Notes under the pieces: generated by a model
What the model was told of the DNA's origin: nothing
Database searches by the model: none
The model's input: the letters and a program-made list of their open reading frames with translations, nothing else
Position numbers and translations under genes: made by a program
Assembly (NCBI RefSeq): GCF_018977255.1
Contig: NW_024704743.1
Coordinates: 82,152,001-82,216,000 of the forward strand
Reading direction: 5' to 3'
Source: Callorhinchus milii
Taxonomy: Eukaryota
Length of the DNA stretch: 64,000 bases
Shown: positions 24,101 through 37,290 of the stretch, in pieces
Numbering within the stretch: position 1 is the stretch's first letter
How the letters are laid out: every line of letters starts with the position of its first letter

Positions 24101-25659
24101 AAGGTAAAGAGTTAAAATAAGTTTATTCACTTGGAAACAAAAAGAGATGAGAAATGGCACAAAATCAAGTGCTCCAGATGAAGTGACACAAAGTATTATT
24201 TACTTACTCCATCAGTTTGAACTTTTACTTTCCTCCCCAGTCTGTTAGTAACAGTATTTACAGCTGCTCACAGAGGACCTGACTGAACAGCGCCAAATAA
24301 AATGGGTGATGTCACTCTGCACCTTGACACAGGGAGCCAATTGTGTTTGGAATATTCCGCTAAATGACGGACAGGCACAGCATGAGGCACAAATCACAGA
24401 GATATGTCAGAAAAGTCAAACCAAAAAGTGTAAAACACAACAGGCCGCAAATGTGAGCATGTTCCCACATTGAAAACGTGCAGTGAGCACAGACCTCCCA
24501 AGATAAACACAGATGTGCACTGCTCTACTTGGCAACGAACAGGAAAACTCCAACAAAGGAAAGGCACAAGTAAGATTCAGAGAAAGTGAATCACTGCTTA
24601 AAAGCGGGATATAATAAAGTCAAAAAGTCTCCACGGAGCAGACTCTCAACAACCACAACTGTGTGCAGACCATGAGCCTTAAATCCTGTTGCTGGATCTC
24701 ATTAAATCCTATTGTGGTATAAGTGTTACAATTGTGTGTAAAGGCTTACCTGAACTAAGTAAAAGTAAAAGCATTCTATACAATGTTTTTAGTTAGTTGT
24801 GTGAAGGATCCATAACCTGATAATTGTCTCTTACTTTCATACAGTGGCTTTCACACTGGGGGGGACGTCTCAAATCGCTTCACAAAGCCGACCGGGGGTC
24901 TGAGTTGGAGATGGAGGGAGCTAAAAAGGATGGCAGATAGATGACCGATAATGGGAAGGATCAGAAAGGGCACATGAAATAAGCCAAGTGTTAGCTGAGT
25001 GGAGAGAGGGCTAGAGTGGTTGGATTACAGGAGATCACAGTAATAGGGTGAGGTGAGGCCATGGAGGGATTTAACACTCAGGTGCAGAGCTGGTAATGTG
25101 CTACATTGTCGGAGGTACCATTTTTCGATTGAGACCATACAAACCGAGATTCTGTCTGTTGAAGTGGATGTTAAAGATCTCAAGGTAAAAAGAGAAGTGA
25201 GTTTCTCGCGGTGTCCTAGCCAAGAATACCCAAAATAACAACAACAACAACTTGGATTTATATAGCGTCCTCTACGCCGGATGGCGTCTCAGAGCGCTTA
25301 TAAAATAAAATTGGTCTTCAGTTCACAGCACCTACCCGTGAAGTCTTTTGATATGTTTCAACATTATAGGTGCTATATTAAATGCAAGGAATATTATTAT
25401 TGTGGGTTTGAAGTTGTATAAAATTACACCATTGTTTTCCTGCCTAAAGCAAGTGGTGACTATGCATAGTACTAACAGATTGATCCAGTCATATGAAGGG
25501 CCGCAGGCTGTAAACCATCTATGGAATAGATTTAGCTTCAAACTGCACGCACAATGACCTTTGCTAGTATAGCATAAACCTGCATCCACAAGTTGATGAT
25601 AGCTCAATGATAGAAGGCATACTGTAAAAACAAAGGCACAGAGAATACCACTATACACC

Positions 25660-25930
25660 CAGACAGGGTAGGAGGGTGGCCAAAGGTTGCATCGAAGAGG
25701 AGGGTTTTGAGACACCCCTTGAAGGAGGCAAGGGAGGGAGCGAGGCAAAGGGAATGTGGGATGGAGTTCTAAAGGCTGAAGGCTCGACCGCCGATAGTGG
25801 GGTGGGCCAGGCAGGGTATGTGTAGCACCTGCTGAACATAGGGATCGGACAGATTGATATGGGATTAGCAGGTTGCAGAGGAAGGGAGGGGCAAGGCCGT
25901 GGAGGGCCTTGAAGGCGAGGATGAGGATTA
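25660..25930 (-). mobile_element. L2 fragment
   Basis: Closely resembles 18130-18410. Confidence 0.85.
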
Positions 25931-28179
25931 GTCCACCTGAATAGTCAAATAGGACCTTAGTTTAATGACCCATCCCTAAGATGTCACTCTAACAACACGG
26001 TGCTCCTCAAATACTGCATGGACTCTCAGACTTGACTGTGAACTCAAATTTCAGGCACTGGGCTTGAAACCCTTAAACTTTTACTTGAGAAGAAGTTTGG
26101 GATTGAACACTCCTGACCCAGACCTCCGCAAAATGGTTTCTCCCTCAGCCGTTTCAGATTACATTTTAACTTATTTACTCAGTGAGTGATACAAATAGGA
26201 TTAAAGATCTTCACGGTAGTCACTGGCATTCTTCTTAAGGATCTACAATGATACTCTTCTGCCTTGAATAATAAATGTAAAGAATATCATAATTAGAGTA
26301 TTACAGCAAGAATACTATTTAATCCAATAACATTAAGTTGTATTCTTGCAGAGAGATACTTGGAAAGTAAGGGTATTAAGGGATATGGAGAAAAAGTGGG
26401 GAGAAAGTATTAAAAGCTCTGTCATGGTCTGACAAAACAGTAGAACAAACTCAATGCTCTTAATATTGGGATCAATCTATATATATTGTGTGCTCTCTAT
26501 TTTCCATTTGCTAATGGTAATTTATGCTTGAGAATGTGACCAGTAGTTTAATTTCAGCGTAGAATAGAGACAGTGGTTCATTCTATCTCCAATGATCCTC
26601 CTACTTTCATTGCTGAAACCAATTATTTATCAGAGACAGAAGCAAATGGACAGAAAAGTTAAATTACAGGCTGTTCAATACTTATTGCAATCCTGCACTA
26701 TTTACCTACCACAATTTCTCAAAATAAACATCTGCAGAGTTGGATATACTATATAATTATAAATGATAGCTCAGTGTTATGCTGTGCTGCAGTGCTGAAG
26801 CACTTTTAAACAGTTCCCAAAACTACAACAGTTTGGAGGTCTTTTACATTCAAAGGACACAGTAATACAATCATGCACACTTGTTCCATTCCTTTCCAAT
26901 TTATTTATTCTCCCCTATGTACTTTTGTCATCACATTGCTCACAGGATTCTCAAAACTCATGTGCATGTGTAAGACATCAACTTACTTCCTCACTCGGAA
27001 GTGCTCTGTATTTCATACTGCATAATACCATAAAAATAAGTCTTTGCAGCACCTGTAACATGAAAATGTCTCAAAGCACTTCATAGGGGATTGCTGTAAA
27101 CTTCTCAAATGTTTCTTAATTAACACCAGGACCAAGCTAAAAAAATGTCCCCAAATTATACCCCACCAGTGGCAGACGGACTAACTCCACAAAACGGCTC
27201 AGGATTGTCCTGTAAAATAGGGGTGCCAATTCATGGGTGGGGCATCAAAAAGGCACAAAACAACAATATTTTTAGAATTAATTCTCCTACATGTAGGCCT
27301 TCACCATGAGTTTCAGTAACGTCTATGTGTCAGTTGGAAATGTTAGCGAGTAGATTCACTTTCCCTTGTTTGCTGCTAGCCTGCTAAGAACGAAAGTTTC
27401 ACAGAGCATACGTGAACACTTGGCAGCTCACAAAATCACAATTCATTTTTTAACTGATGAGATCTACTTTGATGCCTCGACCAAAAACAGACAGACAGAA
27501 TTCCTGAAAACGAATCCAACACTGAAAAATTGGTACTGGGTTGGGGCATCCCATTCTGGCTTAGAATGTTCCAAATTTCGTTACGAAGATTGCAAATTCT
27601 CAAACCTTAGACGATTTAATAGGGAGATGCGTTTGTTCCAATTGACCTGACCTTGCAATCCAACAGAGTCCTTTGCTCTTTGAAAATGAGTGAAACCTGA
27701 GACAAATTTTGATTTTTTATTCTCCAAAATTATGGTTTTCGATTTTGCATTTCTGTATTTTCGGTAAGTACTTTTTTTTAAAAAACATTGTGAGCTATTC
27801 AGGGGGATGCTCAGGAACCATTAATGAGGGCATTCGGGAAATTTCCGAATTTCCAGTATACCCAGTCGACTTCATATTCCATAGATTTTCAGGTTGATCG
27901 CACCATCATTTTTCTTCCACTAGATGTCATCCAATGAAAATTGGTCTCTCACTTTGTGGCTATTTATGGGACATTGCTGTGTGCAAATTGAATACCAAGG
28001 AAGGGAGAATCCAATGAATCTTCAATCCCTCCCCTCAATCAGATAATAATCCTTGCATTTGATACAACACCTTTCATGTCAGGCACACTGTAAAGTGTAT
28101 TGAATGTATATTTTGTGGGTAAACATCTAATTGAAAGTAGCAAATAATGGAGTTTCTGATTACTTCATTTTGACTGTCG

Positions 28180-29040
28180 TAAGAACATAAGAAATGCTAG
28201 GCGAAAAAAAGTCCAAGGTTCATCTAGTTTGCCTTCCACTTTCCTGGTGGTCACATGCAGATATGTCCCGAGCTATCTATGTACTATATCCCATAATGTT
28301 ATTTCCTAAAAGAAAACTATCTAATCTGTGTTTGAAGGAATCAACATTTTCTGCTTCAACCATCTCCCTAAAAAGCCTGTTTCACAGATTCACTATTCGC
28401 TCACTGAAATAATGTTTGTGTAGATTCGTTCTGAATTTACCCCTTCAATCGCAGGCCGTGTCCTCTGGTTTTACTATTCTGGAGAAATTGAAACAGCCTG
28501 TCATGATCTAAATTGTCTTGCCCTTTAGAATCTTAAAGACAGCAATCATGTTGCCTCTCAATCTTTTTTCCAGTGTGAACATGCCCAATTTACTTAGTAC
28601 TTTCTCATAGTCCAGTCCTTCCATTCTCTCAATCATTCTGGTTGCCCTCCTCTGTATCTTCTCGATTTCTCCCATATCCTTTTTTGTACTGCAGCGACCA
28701 GTACTTAAGTATGGTCTCACAAATGATTTATACAGTGGCAGGATTACCCCACTATTTCGGCTTGCTCAGATCTTTTGATACATCCCAACATCTGTTTTGC
28801 TTTACTCACTGCCACAGAGCATTGTTGGGAGAGCCTCAATTTATTGTTAATCAGGACTTCCAGGTCCTTTTCATTTTCCATATATATTATTTTACTTCCT
28901 GGATTTTTTTGCCCCCATGTGAAGTACTTTACATTTCTCCACATTGAATTTCATCTGCCACCCAGTTCCCAAGTATGTTCAAATCTTCCTGTAATTTATG
29001 TTGTTCAGCTTTGCAATCTACCACCTTCATTAGTTTGATG
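28180..29040 (-). mobile_element. Old CR1 fragment
   Basis: EIEKIQRRATRMIERMEGLDYEKVLSKLGMFTLEKRLRG; EKDLEVLINNKLRLSQQC; (TAAGAACA)n end. Confidence 0.88.
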
Positions 29041-29574
29041 GCAGCCTGTGTCTCTAGAATTTAAACCGCACTGTCATTTGTCTCTCATGTTAAAATAAAT
29101 ACTGTACGGACAAATTTATGAAGCTGATCTTCAATTTTGCCTTTGAAGACTAATGATAAATTAATTTGTAGTATTCATAGCCTCTGGCCTTTTTTGAGTA
29201 AGAGAATGCCTTTGAGACTGGGGCAGGTGTTAGCATCTCTGCACAGGGCCCAGTTTGTTGCCGCAGCTGCACTGAGCAGCAGCCATAATAAGGGCATGTT
29301 ACCAGAGATGAAGGATGTTACCCATGGTGCCAAATGTGAGTAACTTCAACTTCCTCACTGCTTCTATATCGATTGTATACACAGATGTCAACCTAGGACC
29401 AACTTTAATGTAATTGTGACTACATTAAAGATATCCTTAAATGGATTATTTTCCTAAGTTATTCTCCTATTGGAAGTGCTCAGACTGATTAATAGGCTGT
29501 TGCTACCCATTTTCTCCATGCCAGTTGCACAGTGTTAATTTAACTTGAGCAGTTTGTTTTCATGTGTCAGCCGG

Positions 29575-29860
29575 AGCAGTGAGCACTGACCAGTAATTCA
29601 TGGCTAAGGAGAAAACATAGCAAATCCGACCCGAGGCTCATCCAATGTTCCCGCACCTGGAATGGATAGAAGAGGTCAGTCACTTCAGTCCTGATTGACT
29701 TCTCCCTTCTCTAATCCAGGGACAATGAAGCACTATACTGTGGTATCCACTGGCATCTAGCAAAGATTGGCTAATTCAGCCCAGACAAGAGATTAAATCT
29801 GAAACCTTCCCATCTGTATGGCTGACTACCAAACAACATGAAGCGTTTAACCACTGAGTT
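29575..29860 (-). repeat. Ancient SINE-like repeat (family Z), head region
   Basis: Minus strand begins taactcagtggtt...ggaaggtttcagattt (A/B-box-like); ccctggattagagaaggga matches cccagggttagagtggggg at 23206. Confidence 0.55.
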
Positions 29861-30167
29861 ATCGTGGAGTCCTGATTGTATTTAGTACTAACACCCAGTT
29901 TTTATTTAAAAAGCCTTATATGAGTGCAGCATGGACACCACCCCACCTCCAAACACACACCTTTGCATTTGTGAATCTGGCAACATTAAGTCCTCAACAT
30001 CAGAGCAGATGCACGCTTTTGCAGTCATTTTTATATTGATATTATACTAGTACATATCGATGGAGTCCAGCACACTTTCATGCACAATAACAATAATAAT
30101 CTTTGCATTTGATACAGCCTTACTGTAACATTATTTTTAGGCTAACAGGGCAGGCAATTTGCATACA

Positions 30168-30630
30168 AATAACAACAAAAGCTTGCATCTATTCATGCTG
30201 GACTGCGTCTTGGAGCAATTAACAGTGGCGGAGCCCGATGCTAAACCAGGGGGAGCTGGAAGGTAGTCGAAGAGCAAGGTCTTCAAGTGCGACCTGAAAA
30301 TGGGTAGGGAGGGGGCAAGTTGAAGGGATTGAAGGAGCGACTTCCACAGCTTTGGGGCATCATAGCTGAAAGCACAGCTGCTGATGTTGGGGAGGAGGGT
30401 CCGGAGAACAAAGAGAAGACCAGAGCCAGTCAAGCAGAGGCAGCAGACAGTGGTGTAGGGAGTGAGCAAGTTGAAGAAATAGAGGGGTGCCAGGCGATGA
30501 AGGGATTTAAGTACAAGTGTGAGGATCTTGAAATCGATCTGCTCTGTGACAGGGAGCCAATGGAGTATGACAAGGACCGGGGTAATAGAGGTATGGAATT
30601 TAGTGCAGGTGAGAATGAGGGCAGTAGAGT
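30168..30630 (-). mobile_element. L2-B 3' fragment
   Basis: HWLPVTEQIDFKILTLVLKSLHRLAP..FRSHLKTLLFDY. Confidence 0.9.
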
Positions 30631-31933
30631 CTCCACATAATAAATAACTACAGGACTCCACATAATAAATAACCTAATAAATGCTTAAAAACACTGTAAA
30701 TTTACCCCTATAAATTTTCCCCATAGATCAAATCTGCGTCAATGGTTTTCTCCAGATGAGCCACTCAGTCTAATCCCACTATCCTGCCTGCTCCTCAAAC
30801 CCTTTAATCGCCTCCAAACTTGAAACCAAGTTTGCTGCAGAAAAGTTAAGAGACTCCCAGTGTTTTAACCTTAACTAGAACAAGAAGTAAGGTATTGAGC
30901 TACCTGGAGCCCTACTTCTGTCAAACATTACAAGTGAGCTGTGGTGACTGCCAGGCTGTTCAAACATGCAGTAATTGCTATTGTTGCAGAAGGGCACATC
31001 CTTCAGACTTTGCTCTTTGGAGTGTGGAGTCACTCCAGGTGCCAGTGCAAACACAGTACATGATGCATTGATGCAGCCAACTCCAGATAAAACCATACTT
31101 AATACAAGCATAAAATTCCAACAGAGCAAACTATTTCCCATTCACTCCTATTCTGTGGAATTCCAGATCCAAGCACAACTCTGACATACAAAGTCCTGAT
31201 GCAAGCATAAAATGCTTACCACACACATGTGTACACTGCCAAACCTCAGCTGGAGAAAGCAGCACATTATATTTACTACATGATGTGAAATATAAATATT
31301 TTCTGTTGGCTTATGCTTAGATTGAATGGTTGAATGAATGATATGGTACAAGGATGTTCAGACTAGATTTACATCGAAAGTTTACAAAATCCTAAAGATA
31401 TATGTCTTCGTAAATTTGTTTGTATTTTTGAGGATAAGGCTGTTTGAGTTTATGCACCGTGTTGAAGGGGGAAATAAGGGTTCATGCCTTTAAACATGCC
31501 ACTACTGTGAAACTTCACACTTTTTTCACAAAAGGTCAATGGATAATTTTAATTTTCTTACCCAGACGTTTTAAATCTGGACGTGCGTAACTGGAAATAA
31601 TTCCTCCTGTCCAGATTCCTCTCTTGTAACTGTTCCAATTCATGCAGCAATGTGCACTGGAAGATAATACTGTAATGAGGCTTTTCACTATACTGCAGCT
31701 GAGAAGTTTCAGATAGCTACAGCCTATTCCCAGTGCTGTCTTTCTTTTGGGAAATATACCCAGTTGCAATTACCTCAATTATAAAAATGCACCTTTAAAA
31801 ATTATTATTGAGGGTGGGAAATACAACACAGTATGCATCACGTCAATGCAAATTCTGCAAAGTTAGCAATTTGCACGGAGTATTCTCATCTCATCGGGTT
31901 TCAGCTTGTTGGCCATCAAGTGAAATTCTGAGT

Positions 31934-32245
31934 AATAATAATACTTGCATTTGATATAAGGCTTTTCGCATTTTCTAGATGGCTCAAAACGCTTCACAGA
32001 ATATATTGTAAAGTGAATTAACTGTATATTTGTGAGCAAAACGCAGTAACCAATTGAGCACAGCAGTGTCCCACAAACAAGCGTGGATTGAGTGACTAAA
32101 TTATTATTTTATTTATTTTTTCTTAAGGGATTATTATCAGACACATGGAGTAAGGAAACTTGCCCAAGGTTTCGCACTGCCGGGAATCAAACCCAGGTCT
32201 CTCGCTTGCGAGGCAAGCGCTCCAACCACTGAGCTACAGGTCTCC
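31934..32245 (-). mobile_element. tRNA/Deu SINE, full length, lacking the internal segment
   Basis: Head ggagacctgtagctcagtggttggagcg, Deu core, (ATT) tail. Confidence 0.9.
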
Positions 32246-32639
32246 TGTATTCAACAAAGGAAGCACTTGAGCCATAAGCTTCAAAGGGGCAAGAGGAAGG
32301 AATGAGAAACAAAATTGATTTTTAAAAAAATAAAGGTTTTCTATGGGATCAAAGTCTAAGTTGGCTGCTTGTGGGACATTATTGTATGCAAATTGGCTCA
32401 CAACATATAGTCACTCCAATCTACAGTACAGAATCATAGAAATCTATTTCACCAAAGGAGGCCATTTGGCCCATTGAGTCTGCCATGACTTTCAGAACAA
32501 GCTGCATTTTCAGTCCACATACCCTAGGGTTGGCACCTGGACAGTTTTTAACCAGACTGGTCGTTTTTTGTGCTGCTAGTGAAAACATTTATTTGGCATT
32601 TCTTTTAGAGTGATCATACAGGGATGCATGCATGTCCCT

Positions 32640-32862
32640 CTATCTCTCCCCCCCCCCCCCCCCCCCCCCCCACCCCTGCTCAATCCCTCCACTTTGCCCC
32701 CTCTCTCCCCTCTTTCAAGTCCTGCCTGAAAACTTTCCTCTTCAACCGTGCTTACGGCCACCAACCCCCTCCCCCAGCTCGGAGATAGGCTCCACCACTG
32801 TTAAGCACTCTGAGAAACTACCCTGTGTGGAGGCCGCTATATAAGTGCAAATTGTTGTTGTT
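32640..32862 (+). mobile_element. L2-B 3' fragment preceded by a long poly-C run
   Basis: ctctgagaaactaccctgtgtggaggccgctatataagtgcaaa(TTG)n. Confidence 0.8.
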
Positions 32863-32886
32863 TTGTCACCTATTTGCCCATTTTAG

Positions 32887-33232
32887 TAGCTTGGTTAGAG
32901 CACTCACCTCGCAAGCAAGAGGACCTAGGTTCAATTCCCGGGAGGGCAAAACGTTGGGCAAGTTTAGTCTCTATTTATCTAGCAGTAAGTAGGAACCCAG
33001 GTGCTTTTCTGGGGGTAATAATCCCTTCAAAAAAATAATTAGAAATGATAATTTGGTCACTCAATCCACGACTGTTTTTTTTTGGGGATACTGCTGTGTG
33101 CAATTGGCTGCTGCATTTTGCCCTCAAAATATACAGTCAATTCACTTTACAGTATATTCTGTGAAGCGCTTTGAGACGTCGCGAAGACGTGATAAGGCGC
33201 TATATAAAATTCAAGTATTATTATATTATTAT
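32887..33232 (+). mobile_element. tRNA/Deu SINE, long subfamily
   Basis: Head with CTCGCAA loop, ctagcagtaagtaggaaccc segment, Deu core, tail. Confidence 0.9.
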
Positions 33233-36200
33233 CTTCAAGTAGCTAAAAGCTTGGCTGCCGATGGTGGAGCAGAGTAGACGAGGGCCAAGCAAGATGCCAG
33301 AGCCAGTCGAACAGAGGCGGCAGGTGGTAGAGTGGGGAATCACTCGGTCGGAGAGGTAGGAAGATGCCAGGGCATGAAATGATTGGAGACGAGCGTGGGG
33401 ATCTTAAAGTCGATCTGTTCATTCCTCATTGCCAAGTGCCACTACAACTATCTAAACTCGCATTGCTTGCCTGATCTGTGGCTGAAATAAAGACACAACC
33501 TGAAATGTTTCTTTGATCATTGGTGACTGTTCTTTGAAGATGTGTTTATCAATAGCTATTACAATACAATGGTGTAATGCACCTAATGCAGACATTTCGT
33601 CTCCCCATGCAAGACATGTGCGAGATAAGAGGCAATTCATACCTTTTTGCTAATTAAACCACACAAAGATCCAGAAGCTTTGATCTTCACTGATCAAACA
33701 ATGGTCATGTACATTTTGTTTTGATGACTGGCTGTCTGCAGATTGCTGTCATCTTACATTTCCGAAAAAAGTATTCTCACACAAAAAAAACTTCTTCCAA
33801 ATGTATAACAAGCACCAAAAGCACATTCAAGAACCAAACTTGAGATGAATGACCTCCAACTTTTGCAGATGAAGAAACCTCCAAAATAATAAAAACAGAA
33901 AATAATGAAAATCCACAAACTCACTGCAGGTCCCATCTAAAGCATTAGCCCGTCTTCTCTGTCAGTTGCTGACTGACCTGCTATGGGTTTCCAACATTTA
34001 CTCCTTTCATTTCTAACTGGATCGCAATGGCAGAGCGCTTCTCACGTGAAAGCCATTTGTCATAATTACGTAACATTTCATAACATTGGCTTTCCCTCTG
34101 CGAATTCTTGCCAAACTGAAAATAAAATCACTTTTTTTTAGCGTGAGAGAGAGGGAATGAGTACTTGACATAAATGGCTTATTCAATTTATGTTTTCATT
34201 GTCCTAAATAAGTTTGAGACAGGTGAATGCTGAGTATATTCCATTAACCCAATGGTACATGAATCCACTTGGAAGCTGGACTCATGTTTTATGCTTTAAC
34301 GTAATTGTAAGGTGCAATATGCCCTTTGCATATCTTCTGTTTCTCTATTAAAATACAATTAAACATTTAGTCCTGCTAAACAAAATCTTAATACCAACTG
34401 TATGCTTGTTGAACTATGTCACCTAGCACTTCTCAGTTCTATTGTACCAAGAACCCATGTAAACTTGTATGTCCAAAGCATTGCTATCTGTCTCACTGCT
34501 CCAGGCATGAAAGGAATACTGGACGATTATCTGAAGGAGTTGGATACAGAGACTATACTTTAAGCATGAAGCAAGCTCACTTGTGGAAAGTTTTCCATTG
34601 ACCACAAATACTCATTTATTGTAAGACATTTGTTCAATAAAAGGATGTTGACTGTTAACCTCTCAGACAACCAAAAAAACAATTGTGTTATCTGGGTTGT
34701 CTCATCTTCTGTCAATAGTTTTAATTAATACAACATCATCTTGCTTTTATATAGCACCTTTCACACATCTAGCAACTAAGCCAGACTGTCACCTTAGCTG
34801 ATGTTTCCCTGCAACATTTATCAAACAAACAAATTACATTTGTATAGCGTCTTTCACGTCGGAAGGACGTCCCAAGGTGCTGGAATCATCTTATCGATTG
34901 TACAGGACAGAATGTCCCACCATGTGATAATTAGCACATCACATACCACATTTTTCATCTCAATATTTCTGTTATGCTTTAAACGCATGTAAATTGTGCT
35001 TGCTGACTTCTGTCCTACCTTCTGCAAAAATTTGTTTCCAGGTGGCATGGTATTTCCAGCCCATTCTGTCTGAATCAAGACACGAAATGGATTTTAGGAA
35101 AAGTGAGTTGAATGGATTTGTGCATCATAACATGGAATAGATTCTCTCTACCACACTACACATGGGATAGATTTTCTCTACCCACAGTAAGAAAGAAAGA
35201 ACTTGCATTTTATAGCAGCGTTTCTCATCTGCCCAGGTTTCCTGAAATTCAGTGTTTGGCCCAGGAGAGTGTGGCTTTCATCCCCTCTTCCAACAGATCA
35301 GCCCTAGAAAATAAACATTAAGTCATAAAACAAAAGCTTACATCACATCAAAAATCCACCCCAAAAAGGCATTGATCTGATGCAGGGAGGTTCACTTGCC
35401 AGGAGGGATGAACTGCCATTCAGCAGTTTTTTTATATAAAGTACCAGAAGACGAATGCAAACTCTGGCCTCGTCTTCATTAATGCCAGCAATAACTAGCA
35501 GTACTTACCCAACATGCCTCCATTTACCCACAGTAAGTAGGAACTCAGTTGTTAGTCAATTGGTGGATCACTTTTCTGGGGGTAATAATCCCTTCAAAAA
35601 AAATGTGATCACTCAATGCACAAGTGTTTGTGGGATACTGCTGCGATCAATATACAGTCAATTCACTTTGCAGCATATTCTATGAAGTGCTTCGAGACAT
35701 TTCAACAACATGATAAGGCACTACATCAAATGCAAGGTTTATTATTATTATTTAGTGTCCAGTCTTGATGACCTGTGCCCTATATAGACAGTGTAGTTGG
35801 CTTGTATATTTTGCCTCACCATCAAAAGCAAATTAACCAAGACAAAATAAATTGATCAATCTTTTCTTCAACAGAACTTCCAGAACTTTTTATTTAAAAT
35901 ACACATGGCTCAGGGTTTTTTATGGGTAATTGGCAATGTTTGCATGTGTGTAAATGTAATCTGCTGCATGTGTGAGCCCTAATGTTGCTAGGCACATCTG
36001 TTAACATTGTGCCCAATTCTTCTTGTGAAGGCTTGCACATGGGTAAAGTCATTGCGTGTGCCCATTGCTATGTTTCGTAAATACTGTATATGATTCATGG
36101 GTATTATCAGTCATTTTCATTCTCCTGGATCCAATTTTCCAATCTCTTTTCATGGCCTAAAAATTGATCCTAATAAGACCCACAAAAAACAGATGTTAAA

Positions 36201-37070
36201 TATAAATAACCAGGCTTCAGTACTTAACCACAAAGCAAATTGCAGCGCTTCCTTTTTTTCATGCTATTGCATAGAAAGGGCACAGAAAGATGGTGAAGAA
36301 GGATGAATTCAGCTTCCAATAATGTGTTCTTGCCTGTCAATCCATCATCATTTCTGAAGAATTTGGTCGTTGAATCAAATGGTCCCTGACTACTGATCTC
36401 CAAACAGCATTGTTGCTGTTTTAGCTCAATAGGGTTGCACTGTTCAGAGGTCCACACCGGCCATTCACAATTTGTTATAATTCTTCCTTAAGGAAGCTAG
36501 TTTATGCAGTTCTTGAAAAGAAGAGGCTTCCGATTTAAGGCTGGATTTAACAATTTCCCACAATTCTCTGTAATCTTAAATTTTAAGACAAAATGATATT
36601 ACAGGCTAAGGCCATTTGGAAGTTGGAACCTATGGTTTGGACTAAACCCCTTCCCTCCACCAGATTTCCAAACCATGATTTCTCCCTCTCCAGCCTGTTA
36701 AGAATTTAACACCATGATGTTGGATATTAATATAGCAAGCGATTGTCACTTTTTAACCTTACAATTTTTTACTTTTGAAATTATTTTAAGACAATCTGGT
36801 AAAGAGGCACAAAGTCTGTGATTTTGGCATTCAGATTATCCGATTTACAGACTCTGTGCAGGAACCTTACTGTGCGCAGATGACAGTCACATTTGTCTAC
36901 AAATATGCAGTCTCTACCCTCTATAGGGACACAATCTATAGTTTAGATATAGTTTGGGACACAACATGTCAAGCGAGCGACTGCTAGGATGGTGGAAGGC
37001 CAACTGGATGGACCTTGGTCTTTCGCCTAGCAAATTCTTATGTTCTTATAGCAATTATCTGTTGAAGCAC

Positions 37071-37290
37071 TGTAAGATGTAGCTGGAGGCCCAGGCCATG
37101 TGGTTGATTACTGGTTAGAGCAGGGGAGGATTGTGAGTACGCAAGTCTATATAAGAGCAGTGGCGAGCCCAGGTGCCTGCAACCTTCTGTGGCTCTTCTG
37201 TTGCTGCTCTGGTCTCCCCTGCTTTAGAATAAACCTATGTTGTAGTCAGAATCTCTGTGTGCCAATATCTGCTGGCCCAGGGGATCCTCA
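37071..37290 (+). mobile_element. Candidate solo LTR
   Basis: Starts TGTAAG, TATATAAG near 37148, pyrimidine-rich R-like tract, AATAAA near 37228, GT-rich downstream; no TSD found. Confidence 0.4.

Noticed and set aside
30631..30673. Small direct duplications (also 39043-39078 and 55041-55071)
   Set aside because: Ordinary slippage or junction duplications with no further structure.
32647..32671. Long poly-C run (and poly-G near 18075)
   Set aside because: Homopolymer expansions in or beside L2; length may be a sequencing artefact.
36224..36490. Minus-strand exon with GC donor (RIITNCEWPVWTSEQC..)
   Set aside because: Weak acceptor and non-canonical donor; no independent support.
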